A stretch of DNA of 64,000 bases from Candidatus Limnocylindrales bacterium. GTDB lineage: Bacteria > Moduliflexota > Moduliflexia > Moduliflexales > JAUQPW01. The translations under genes and the position numbers were made by a program. Where the stretch lies: NCBI GenBank assembly GCA_035559535.1, contig DATMBG010000032.1, positions 1 through 64,000 on the forward strand, written 5' to 3'. Under the pieces are notes generated by a model, which ran no database searches, was not told where the DNA came from, and saw nothing but the letters and a program-made list of their open reading frames with translations. Numbering within the stretch: the first letter of the stretch is position 1; each line of letters starts with the position of its first letter. Positions 29,955-39,179 of this stretch are shown piece by piece.

Positions 29955-30245
29955 CTACAGGCTCTTTCGTTCGTTTTATGATCCTATGATTTCCTTTTAT
30001 CCCTGTCAAGGGTCTGCCCGGGAAAAGTTCAAATTTCACCAGGCCGGTTCCTGGTCGTTTAGCCCTGGAGCTTTGCCGATACAGGTCGCTCCTGCGGAGG
30101 AAGGTCAGGAAAGGAACCCTTCAGGTATCTCGCTCTTATCCTGGTACGTAGGGGAGTGGGCGGATCAGGTCCAAAAAATATCCTTGAAAGAGATGGGGCC
30201 CGGGGATCAGGGTATTTTTTGAAATGCAAATGGGTAGCAAATCCC

Positions 30246-33200
30246 TTAGGGGACTTCATAGATACTGATGGTCCCTGTTCCTTCTCCTACGGCGAGAAGC
30301 TTACCATCGGGGCTGAAAGCGATCGATGAAGTGACATACCCTGATTCAGACAACGTTTTAATTATTTGACCACCGGCTACATCCCAAAGGGTTAGAGAAT
30401 GATTTTCATCGGCCCCTTCAGAAACCAATATCCTCCCGTCCGGACTAAATAGAACCCTTCCGGTACTGAACACTGTGTGAAGAACCTGACCGCTTTCTAC
30501 ATTCCACAGGGCTACTTTACCCAGCTCATCCTTTAAGGCAAGGAGTTTACCGTCAGGACTAAAAATTATAGAAGATAAGGGTAGGGAAGAATAGATCTCC
30601 CGCTGTAAAGTTTTTATAACCTGGCCGGTTTGAGCATCCAGGAGCAGGACTGAGTTGTTTCGACTAATCACAACCAGGGTTTTGAAATCGGGACTGACGG
30701 TAACATATTGGATATTTCCTATATCCGTCAACTCTACCCGTGAGTTACTCCGGACCGGGTTAAAGAAAAAACCATACAGGGGGAAGACCTGCAAAATTCT
30801 GTCCACCCCTCCACTTTCCCTGTTCCAGAACAAAATAGAATCCTGACTTTGAGAAGCCAGCAATTGAGCATCCGGACTAAAAAACAGGGAAACAATATCA
30901 CTGGAAGGACCGGCCAATACCTTGGCAATATCTACGGCCCTTACATCCCAGAGAAGGAGTAAGCCGTCCTCACTTCCTGTAGCTAATAAGCGATGTACCG
31001 GATCAAAGGCCAGGGAAGTAATTTTGTGATCTGTACCGCTTAAAACGGTAAGCGTTTTACCACTGCTTACCTCCCAGGAGGCAAAGGTCTTATAGCCCGG
31101 ATTACCCATTGCGGCGATAATCTGACCATCCGAGCTGAAGGTGACAGAAGAAACAGGTACCTCGGATTTTTCAAAAGTTTTAATGAGACTCCCCCGCTGA
31201 CTATCCCAGAGAGTTACCTGATCCTGTAAAAGGGTGGCCAAGAATCGCCCATCGGGACTAAAGACGACCGGACCTGTAAAACCTGAACTTTCTAAGCTTG
31301 TAAGCGTACTCCCTTTAGTTACATCCCACAAAATGATTTTATCATATCCCCCCGACGCAAAGACTTTACCATCCGGACTAAAGGAAAGAAAATCAAAGGG
31401 GCGGCTTGCCTCAAATGTTTTCAAAGGCTGCCCGGTAGTTCCATTCCAGAAAATAATTTTGCCATAACTGGTGGTAGCCAGCAGATTCTCCGAACTAAAT
31501 ACAAGACCCGTAATAGGGGTCTCATGCCCTTTAAGGGTCTTTAAGACCTGGCCATTTTCGATGCTTCGAAGGGCTATCCAATTCTGTTGGGGGCCCGTGG
31601 GAGAGATTAAAAATTTACTATCCGGGCTAAACACCAGAAGCCTAGTGGGAAGTTCGGACTCTGGAAGGGTCAAAATTGCGTTCCCATTCTGGACGTTCCA
31701 GAGTACTACTTCTGAGTGATCCGAGGAAATCAATGCCTGACCACTTGGACTAAAAAGAAGAACCTGAACAGGGTCCTTATGCCTGGCGAGCTTTTTTACC
31801 ACTTTCTTCACCTCTACATCCCACAAAACAATCTGATTATCCTTTGTAACCAGGGCCAATAACCTTCCATCCGGACTAAAAGTCAGGGGGGCATTTTCAA
31901 GGGGGTCTTGGTTAAGGATCACAAAGGTATCTCCTGTTGGGATATCCCACAGTAAGACGGTATCCGAAACCAGAACCAATTGTTTTCCATCGGGTCGAAA
32001 GACCAGATTATGAATCCGATGGTGAGGGCCTCTAAAGGATTTTAAAAGTTTTCCACGTTCCAGATCCCAAAGAAAAATAGGATGATCCGGGCCTGTACCT
32101 GCAGAAGCTAAGTAGTAACGACCGCTGGAATCCTTTTTACTAAAAGCAAGGGAGGTTATCGGGGTATCATGGCCTTCCAGAACTTTAAGTAACTTCCTGT
32201 CGGCCAGATTCCATAAAGCCACTTTTTTATCTGAGCTTCCGGCTGCGAGGGTCTGGGCATCCGGACTAAAGGAAAGAGATTGAATTGAACCCGGGTGAGA
32301 TTGACTGACCTGAAGAACCTGACCATCTTCTGCATTCCACAGGCTTATAGCCCCCCCGGCAACTCCCAACGTGCGACCATCCGGACTGTAGGTTACAATC
32401 TGAGGAAGGTCGTAATCTGTTGAAAAGGTCTTCACTACCTGATTCTCCAAAATATTCCATAAAATGAGGCTTTTATCCGTACTCCCTAAAACCAGAGTAT
32501 GGCCGTCTGGGCTGAAATCGGCAGATAAAATCCTTGCAGAAGAACGATCCATCAAAGAACTGGTAGGTAAAGAAGTATTTCCGTTCTGACTTGATAAAGG
32601 AGGAAGACAGGGTTGAGTACTTCCGCAGTCTGGAGAGGTAACCATCGAAGTATTGTTCCTGGCCTGTTGAAGGAAAGTTTCTGTAAGCGTGGCAACCTGC
32701 CTTCGGTTCATGGGATCCCACAAAACGAGGGTTCCATTTCTATCGATAGAGGCCAAAAGTTGGCCGTTAGGACTGAAAGCTATTTTATAAATCTCGGATC
32801 CATATTGTTCTAAAGTTCCCAGCAGGGATGTGGCACTCTGGATCCCACCCGTATTCCAGAGTAGGATTTTTCCATCATCTCCCCCTGAAGCCAGTAACTT
32901 TCCTTCTGGATGAAAGGCCAGGGTATTGATCCATCCTGTATGTCCTTTTAGCCTCCCTATCTTTTCTCCCCTGTCTGGATTCCAGAGTGTAACCAGATTA
33001 TCATAACCCCCTGAAGCTAAAAGCTGCCCATCAGGACTGAAGGAAAGGGCCAGGACTTTCTGATCTGTCTGTAGAGTTTTAAGCAAGTTTCCGCTTTTCA
33101 AATTCCAGAGAACAATATTATTTCCCTGGGCAATAGCTACTCGATCTCCACTTCGATCCACCGCCATGGCGGTATAGGGTTCTGAAGAAGCGTTAAAGGT

Positions 33201-33482
33201 ACGAACGAGTTGTAAAGTCTGGGCGTCCAGGAGTTCTAATCGATCTGGAGTTAAGCCTACTAAATACTTACCTTCCGGTAGATACTGAAGATTTTTAAAT
33301 TCCGCCCCACGTCCCAGTTTAAAAAGAGGCTCTTGAGCTCTGGGACGCAGGGATGGGGTTGATTTAACCTGTGAAGGCTGAGCGGGGGGTTTAATGGGTT
33401 TTGAAGGAGTTCCACAACTTATTACAAAGATCAGAATCAGCAATGTTCCAAGAACAGGTAATTTAATGCTATTCATAGGCAA
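30246..33482 (-). CDS. WD40-repeat lipoprotein (multiple beta-propellers)
   Basis: Lipobox VISC; roughly 20 FSPDG...LW[DN] repeats. Confidence 0.92.
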   Translation of the reverse strand: MPMNSIKLPVLGTLLILIFVISCGTPSKPIKPPAQPSQVKSTPSLRPRAQEPLFKLGRGAEFKNLQYLPEGKYLVGLTPDRLELLDAQTLQLVRTFNASSEPYTAMAVDRSGDRVAIAQGNNIVLWNLKSGNLLKTLQTDQKVLALSFSPDGQLLASGGYDNLVTLWNPDRGEKIGRLKGHTGWINTLAFHPEGKLLASGGDDGKILLWNTGGIQSATSLLGTLEQYGSEIYKIAFSPNGQLLASIDRNGTLVLWDPMNRRQVATLTETFLQQARNNTSMVTSPDCGSTQPCLPPLSSQNGNTSLPTSSLMDRSSARILSADFSPDGHTLVLGSTDKSLILWNILENQVVKTFSTDYDLPQIVTYSPDGRTLGVAGGAISLWNAEDGQVLQVSQSHPGSIQSLSFSPDAQTLAAGSSDKKVALWNLADRKLLKVLEGHDTPITSLAFSKKDSSGRYYLASAGTGPDHPIFLWDLERGKLLKSFRGPHHRIHNLVFRPDGKQLVLVSDTVLLWDIPTGDTFVILNQDPLENAPLTFSPDGRLLALVTKDNQIVLWDVEVKKVVKKLARHKDPVQVLLFSPSGQALISSDHSEVVLWNVQNGNAILTLPESELPTRLLVFSPDSKFLISPTGPQQNWIALRSIENGQVLKTLKGHETPITGLVFSSENLLATTSYGKIIFWNGTTGQPLKTFEASRPFDFLSFSPDGKVFASGGYDKIILWDVTKGSTLTSLESSGFTGPVVFSPDGRFLATLLQDQVTLWDSQRGSLIKTFEKSEVPVSSVTFSSDGQIIAAMGNPGYKTFASWEVSSGKTLTVLSGTDHKITSLAFDPVHRLLATGSEDGLLLLWDVRAVDIAKVLAGPSSDIVSLFFSPDAQLLASQSQDSILFWNRESGGVDRILQVFPLYGFFFNPVRSNSRVELTDIGNIQYVTVSPDFKTLVVISRNNSVLLLDAQTGQVIKTLQREIYSSLPLSSIIFSPDGKLLALKDELGKVALWNVESGQVLHTVFSTGRVLFSPDGRILVSEGADENHSLTLWDVAGGQIIKTLSESGYVTSSIAFSPDGKLLAVGEGTGTISIYEVP

Positions 33483-33551
33483 TTATTTGATAATACCACT
33501 GATGATGGGTGAGACACCCACGTTTGAGTCAAGCGAGGACGCTTAACCTAC

Positions 33552-34034
33552 CTAGGTGCCCGGATCGAAAACTCTTATATCGGCCAGGGTTATCTCTCGA
33601 TTGAATCTGCGTCCATCTCGAATAAAGATAGCGATAATTTCTGCGACCGTACAAACGACCATGAGGATCAGAGAACGAGAAAGCGCGACATTACAGGGAG
33701 CCTCTGGAAGTGCAGCCGCCTCGTCCGCGATAATCGAACCGTATTTATAAACCTCATTCCATTTTACTTCGGCAAATCCATCATCACTCATACCGGCATG
33801 GATACAGGGAATACCCAATGCCGAACATTCCTTGCCTATGGCTATCCGTGAAGTCCAGTTATCAAAGGTATCCACAACCAGATCGGAACCCTTGAGTAGA
33901 GACTTTGCATTTATCGGGGTAACTTCAAACGAGGACGTTTGACCTACTAACCAACCAAATCGCGCTTCAGGACGTAATACAATCGTTGAAGGATAGGTAT
34001 CTATTACGTAATTCTGGAGTATACCCTCTTGCAA
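33552..34034 (-). pseudogene. ThiF/E1-like adenylyltransferase C-terminal half lacking the N-terminal GxGxxG region
   Basis: LLKGSDLVVDTFDNWTSR...IPCIHAG...PCNVALSR is ThiF-like; no ThiF N-terminus found in any upstream frame. Confidence 0.5.
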
Positions 34035-34411
34035 ATTCAGATAGCGTTCGACCGCTCTTTTTAACCCATCTTCCTGGAGAAGATAATCCCTATCCAGCTC
34101 TTGGGAGTCGATCTCATAGCCAGATATTTTTTATTCCTATCATCATCATAAGGTCACTTATTTATTTTTATTTATTAGACATTTTCTCTATAAAAAGTTT
34201 CGTTGGGGTTATTTTAAAATTGCAGTTAATTTAAGCAAGATCGCTCAGCTTGTCAAGTACCCAAAACTTTCCATTGACAGCCAAAATAGGACGTGATAGA
34301 AAAAAAGAATAAATCTTCTCCTTTAGAGATCAGAGAATCGAATCAACACATGGAAAACACCTTAACTTTTTAGGACGTAGGCGTTTGATATAGTCTGAGT
34401 GAATATACAAT

Positions 34412-35728
34412 ATGAATATTAATTTCTATCACCTCAAGGACCTTTCCAGGTCAGCACGAGACCGATTATTGGAACGAACCCGAGTCGATGCCGAAGAGTA
34501 TGCCGCGTTAGTTAAACCCATTCTTGAAGAGGTTCGAAGGCGCGGTGATCTGGCCGTCATCGAATATACCCAAAAGTATGACGGGGTCGATCTATCCCCC
34601 CATCAACTCAAAATTTCCGAAGCAGAGATTAAATCTGCCTATCAGCGACTTTCTTCTTCTGTTCTTAAGGCTATAGAAACGGCCATTGCCCATGTTCAAG
34701 CTTTTCATCAGAAACAGATGCCGGAGTTATTCTGGATGACTGAGTTATTTCCCGGGATCCAGGCAGGTGAAAAGATTACGCCTATTGAATCGGTAGGGTT
34801 ATATGTTCCCGGGGGGAGGGGATTTTTTCCTTCCACCATGATCATGCTGGGAATTCCAGCCGTGGTAGCTCAAGTTCCTCAAATTGTTGTTTGTACGCCC
34901 CCTTTAAAGGATGGTTCTGTGGACCCAGCTACTCTGGTTGCGGCGGATCTCTGTGGAATTAAAAATATTTATCGAGTTGGAGGGGTTCAGGCCATGGGAG
35001 CCCTGGCTTATGGTACCGAAACCCTTCCTAAGGTCCTTAAAATTATAGGTCCCGGTAGTACCTATGTGACGGCAGCAAAACGAGTTTTGCGAGATGAGGT
35101 CGATGTAGGAATACCCGCCGGTCCCAGCGAATCTCTTATACTGACCGATGATACGGCAGATCCCTATCTGGCCTGTCTGGACCTGTTAATCGAGGCAGAG
35201 CATGGCTCTGATTCATCTGCTTACCTGATTACCTGCTCTGAAAGAGTAGGTCGGGCGGTTCGTCAACTCCTTCCTTCTCTTTTAGAAAAGGTACCCGAAT
35301 GGCGGAGGAAATTTTGTGAAGCTGTCTTTTCTACCTATGGGGGTATTATTATTGCGGAAGATTTAGATGAGGCCATCGCCTTTGTCAATGACTTCGCTCC
35401 TGAACATTTGGAGATCTTGTGCGAAAATCCTTTTGAGATTATGAAAAAAGTTAAAAACGCTGGGGAGATCCTTCTGGGAGAATATACTCCCATTTCGGCT
35501 TCGGTTTATGCCCTGGGAACGAATCATGTTCTTCCCACCACAAGATTTGCCCGGACATACTCGGCTTTATCGGTTTATGACTTTCTCAAAAGAAGTTCTA
35601 TTAGTTATTTAACCCGAGAAGGATTTGAAACTCTTAAAGATCCTGTTATAGCCTTAGCGGAGTATGAAGGATTTTTTACCCATGCTATGGCTGTTCGGGA
35701 ACGAAGGTTCAAATCTGAAAAGGACTGA
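34412..35728 (+). CDS. hisD: Histidinol dehydrogenase family protein (atypical paralogue)
   Basis: GLYVPGG, GGVQA, AGPSE, EAEHG, APEHL, GTNHVLPT; the usual QAEH is replaced by EAEH. Confidence 0.8.
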   Translation: MNINFYHLKDLSRSARDRLLERTRVDAEEYAALVKPILEEVRRRGDLAVIEYTQKYDGVDLSPHQLKISEAEIKSAYQRLSSSVLKAIETAIAHVQAFHQKQMPELFWMTELFPGIQAGEKITPIESVGLYVPGGRGFFPSTMIMLGIPAVVAQVPQIVVCTPPLKDGSVDPATLVAADLCGIKNIYRVGGVQAMGALAYGTETLPKVLKIIGPGSTYVTAAKRVLRDEVDVGIPAGPSESLILTDDTADPYLACLDLLIEAEHGSDSSAYLITCSERVGRAVRQLLPSLLEKVPEWRRKFCEAVFSTYGGIIIAEDLDEAIAFVNDFAPEHLEILCENPFEIMKKVKNAGEILLGEYTPISASVYALGTNHVLPTTRFARTYSALSVYDFLKRSSISYLTREGFETLKDPVIALAEYEGFFTHAMAVRERRFKSEKD

Positions 35729-35731
35729 TTT

Positions 35732-37345
35732 ATGGGTAAATTAACCCAAATCATTAAAATCAATGAGGCTCTTCAAAAAGGAGATCGAGAAACCGCCGTT
35801 AAACTTTTGAAAGATTTGAAAAAAAGAGCCAAGGATCCCGCTGCCATCAAATTTGCTGAGGATAAATTGAGGGAGTTGGGAATCCGCAATGAGGAAGTAG
35901 CAGAAGGGACGGTTATACGGGAGTATGAGAAGATAGAGCTTAAACCCAAAGGTAATCCTTCGGGTCGTCCCTATGGGTTTCGTAATCCGAGCTTTTCAGA
36001 TAGGAAAATGAGGGTCCAGGAAACTACAGGGTTAAGGACCCGGAAACCGGAGTTACGTTCCCATCAAAGCCCTACCAAGAGACCTTTTACTCAAAAACCG
36101 AAGATAGGTCGGGAGGTGCTGAAGTCCCCTGTCGAGGAAGGTAAGAAGGCAACCGTAAGGCCAGTGTTTCCACATCCTGTTGCTCCCAAATCTCCATCAG
36201 CCTCAACTACACCGGTCCAGAAGAAGCCTTTTAAGAAGAAACAGAAATTTAAACGTAAATCAAAGCTCCTGACTCCTGAAGAAATGGCTCGAAAGGAGGC
36301 AGCTCGTAAGTTAGTTAATACGTACAAAATCAGTTTTACCGGGGCCTATCAAATTGTAGATGGAAAATTAACCCTGGAAGAATATCAGGCCAAGCAGGCA
36401 GAACTGGCGGCTAAACGTGCTGCCTGGCAAGAACAGCGACGAAAACGGGAAGAACGCAAAGCAGCCGCGTTGGCCCTGGCAGAAAAATATAACCTGGATC
36501 CGAGTATTACTTATCAGATTGTAGATGGCCGCTTTACCTTGGAGGAGTATTTGAAGTTAAGGGAATTAAAACCTAAAAAGCTTCTCCTTCGCCGAAGAAA
36601 GGAAGGGGTGGGAAGTTGGTACTTCCAACAGCTCCTGCAACATCAAACCCCCCTCGTTTTTGTACTCTATAATGGACAATCCCTGGTGAGCCCTATCACA
36701 GAAATACAAAAGTATGATTTTCGCCTGGGAGAGCAAATAATTCCCAAACTGCATATTACCCATTGTTACGAAGCCAGCCAGGCCGAAAAGATCAAAGAGT
36801 TGATTCTGGTCAATGAAGAAGTCAAGGCGAAAGGTTTGGTTCCGGCTATCAAACCCATTGACCGTTATCTAATTCCGGATAAGGATTTGGAGCGCTGTCT
36901 GGAAGAAAAAAATCTTGTAACCTTTACAACACTGGGAGGTGAAGTCATCCGAGGCGTAATCGAATGGCTTGATAGTTTCCAGATTAAAGTTAATTTACAA
37001 GAAAATATGGGGGTTGTCGTATTCCGACATGGAATCCACGATGCCATCCTTCAACCGGAAGTTGGAGAAGCATCTGGACAGGCTCCCCCACAACTTGAAA
37101 AAACCCCTGTGGAAATTCCCATTGAAAAAATCTCTGTGGAGTTGGCCATTCATCAAAATACCCGATTGAATCCGGAGATAACTCAAAAAGTTCGGGAACA
37201 GACCAAAACCCTGGGGAAAATTCCGAAGCCGATCTGGGTTGCCTACGATAAAGAACGAGATGTATATGTTTTACTGGACGGGTTTCGGAGATTGACCATC
37301 GCCCAAGAATTAGGATTAAAGACTTTACCGGCAGTGGTCGAGTAA
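35732..37345 (+). CDS. Multidomain protein: basic low-complexity region, two helical repeats, two Hfq/Sm-like domains, C-terminal ParB/Srx-like domain
   Basis: YQIVDGxxTLEEY twice; LVTFTTLGGEVIRGVIEWLDSFQIKV...VVFRHGI resembles Hfq; PIWV...YVLLDGFRRLTIAQELG resembles the ParB N-domain. Confidence 0.7.
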   Translation: MGKLTQIIKINEALQKGDRETAVKLLKDLKKRAKDPAAIKFAEDKLRELGIRNEEVAEGTVIREYEKIELKPKGNPSGRPYGFRNPSFSDRKMRVQETTGLRTRKPELRSHQSPTKRPFTQKPKIGREVLKSPVEEGKKATVRPVFPHPVAPKSPSASTTPVQKKPFKKKQKFKRKSKLLTPEEMARKEAARKLVNTYKISFTGAYQIVDGKLTLEEYQAKQAELAAKRAAWQEQRRKREERKAAALALAEKYNLDPSITYQIVDGRFTLEEYLKLRELKPKKLLLRRRKEGVGSWYFQQLLQHQTPLVFVLYNGQSLVSPITEIQKYDFRLGEQIIPKLHITHCYEASQAEKIKELILVNEEVKAKGLVPAIKPIDRYLIPDKDLERCLEEKNLVTFTTLGGEVIRGVIEWLDSFQIKVNLQENMGVVVFRHGIHDAILQPEVGEASGQAPPQLEKTPVEIPIEKISVELAIHQNTRLNPEITQKVREQTKTLGKIPKPIWVAYDKERDVYVLLDGFRRLTIAQELGLKTLPAVVE

Positions 37346-37364
37346 TCTAAGGATGGTTATTATT

Positions 37365-38234
37365 TTATCCTTTAATTCCTCCGGCCCCCCATCCTTCGAT
37401 CAGGTATTGCTGGATGAAAATGAAGAAAAGAAGTACCGGGATGGTAATAAGGACCCCAGAGGCCATGATCATACCCCAATCTACAACGGTTTGATTAAAA
37501 AGATCCTGAACACCTACCGGAAGGGTCTTGAGAGGATCTGAGGTGATGAGAATACGGGCAAAAATATAATCGTTCCAGGCCAGAATGAGTGTAAAGATAG
37601 CGGTGGCTATAATTCCCGGAGCTGCAAGAGGAAGGACGATGTAAAAAGCAGCTTGCAAATGAGTTGCTCCATCCACCAGAGCGGCCTCTTCAAGTTCTAA
37701 GGGAATGGTTTGAAAAAAGGATCGGAGCAGCCAGAGAGTAAAGGGGAGGCTAAAGGAGGTTAAGGCCAGAACCAGGGCGGTATGGGTATTAACCAATCCT
37801 ATCTTACGGATAAGGATATAAAAGGGAATGATAATCATAATAGGAGCAAACAGGTAAGTTAAAAGCACGAGTTGGGCGAGGAGTTCTTTCCCACGGAATC
37901 GGAATCGGACGAGACCATAGGCTCCTAAAACAGACAGGACTAAGGCACAGGCTGTGGTCAAAATGGAGACTTTCATACTGTTTATAAAATAGGAAAGAAA
38001 GTGAGACCGGGAAAACAGCGCATGAAAATTGGTCAACGTCATATGCCTGGGAAGGAATTCAGGTGGATAGATAAAGATCTCTTCCGTAGGTTTAAATGAG
38101 GTCATGAGCATCCAGATCAGAGGGAAAATACTCCACAGGAGGAGAAGAATACTTCCTCCATAGAGTCCCAGGATACGCCAGGGAAACTTAAATCCCTTTT
38201 TCAGATAAATCCAACACTTTAGCCTACGACCCAT
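37365..38234 (-). CDS. Carbohydrate ABC transporter permease
   Basis: FFQTIPLELEEAALVDGA (EAA motif); AWNDY. Confidence 0.93.
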   Translation of the reverse strand: MGRRLKCWIYLKKGFKFPWRILGLYGGSILLLLWSIFPLIWMLMTSFKPTEEIFIYPPEFLPRHMTLTNFHALFSRSHFLSYFINSMKVSILTTACALVLSVLGAYGLVRFRFRGKELLAQLVLLTYLFAPIMIIIPFYILIRKIGLVNTHTALVLALTSFSLPFTLWLLRSFFQTIPLELEEAALVDGATHLQAAFYIVLPLAAPGIIATAIFTLILAWNDYIFARILITSDPLKTLPVGVQDLFNQTVVDWGMIMASGVLITIPVLLFFIFIQQYLIEGWGAGGIKG

Positions 38235-38240
38235 CCTTTG

Positions 38241-39107
38241 CTATATTCCTTCTTCTACCTTATAAATTTTAAAATAAATCGCCGCCGCTCCGGCCATGAT
38301 TAAGAGCATCACCATGGCTACCGTTGCCCCAATTCCCGCCTGCCAGTAGGTAAATGTTTTCATGTAGGCATACAGGGGTAAGGTCCGAATATAAAGCCCA
38401 ACGCCCTCGCCTCCGCCCATGAGCCAGACTGTATCAAACTTGGTAAACATCCAGATTCCCCGGAGGAGAATGATAATAAAGAGAACGGTTTTGAGTTGAG
38501 GAAGTGTAATGTAAAAAAATCGCTGAAGGGCCGAAGCTCCGTCCACTTTAGCGGCTTCATAGAGCTCCGGCGGAATAATCTGCAATCGGGCCAGAATCGT
38601 AAGAAATACAAAGGGAAAGAATTGCCAGACACTGACCAGGATCAGGGAGATCATAATGGTATCCTGCCCAAACCACCCAATGGGGTCTTTAATCAGATTA
38701 AGTGCCTGTAGCGTGTAATTAACCAGTCCATAGGTATCGTGAAGGAGCCACTTCCAGAGGAGAACTCCAACGATGGTAGGAACCAGATAAGGAAACAGAA
38801 TCGCACCCCGAAAGAAGTTACGTCCCGGAAAACTCTCATGGAGGAGTAACGCAGCTCCAATTCCAATAACAAGCTGGAGAACCACCGTGACAAGGGAGTA
38901 GATGACTCCAAGTTTAAAACTCATCCAGAACTGGGGATCTTTCAAGACCAGTTCATAGTTTCGAAGCCCTACAAACTTCTCTCCTGGAAGAAATGCATGC
39001 TTATTTAGAAGGCTAAGCCAGACATTATAAACCACCGGATAGAGGGTTAAAGTTCCGATAACCAGCAGGGATGGGAGAAGGAGAAGAAAACCCGTGGATC
39101 TTCTCAT
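38241..39107 (-). CDS. Carbohydrate ABC transporter permease
   Basis: LQIIPPELYEAAKVDGASALQRFFYITLP. Confidence 0.93.
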   Translation of the reverse strand: MRRSTGFLLLLPSLLVIGTLTLYPVVYNVWLSLLNKHAFLPGEKFVGLRNYELVLKDPQFWMSFKLGVIYSLVTVVLQLVIGIGAALLLHESFPGRNFFRGAILFPYLVPTIVGVLLWKWLLHDTYGLVNYTLQALNLIKDPIGWFGQDTIMISLILVSVWQFFPFVFLTILARLQIIPPELYEAAKVDGASALQRFFYITLPQLKTVLFIIILLRGIWMFTKFDTVWLMGGGEGVGLYIRTLPLYAYMKTFTYWQAGIGATVAMVMLLIMAGAAAIYFKIYKVEEGI

Positions 39108-39179
39108 AAGGTGTATAACCTAAAGGGTCAGGAGTCAGAATCAAAGAATTCTTTCAACTCCTTTTCTTCTGACTTCTGA

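Noticed and set aside
29986-30259. Short ORFs between the methyltransferase and WD40 genes as RiPP precursors
   Set aside because: No leader or core pattern, no convincing RBS, and no modifying enzymes adjacent
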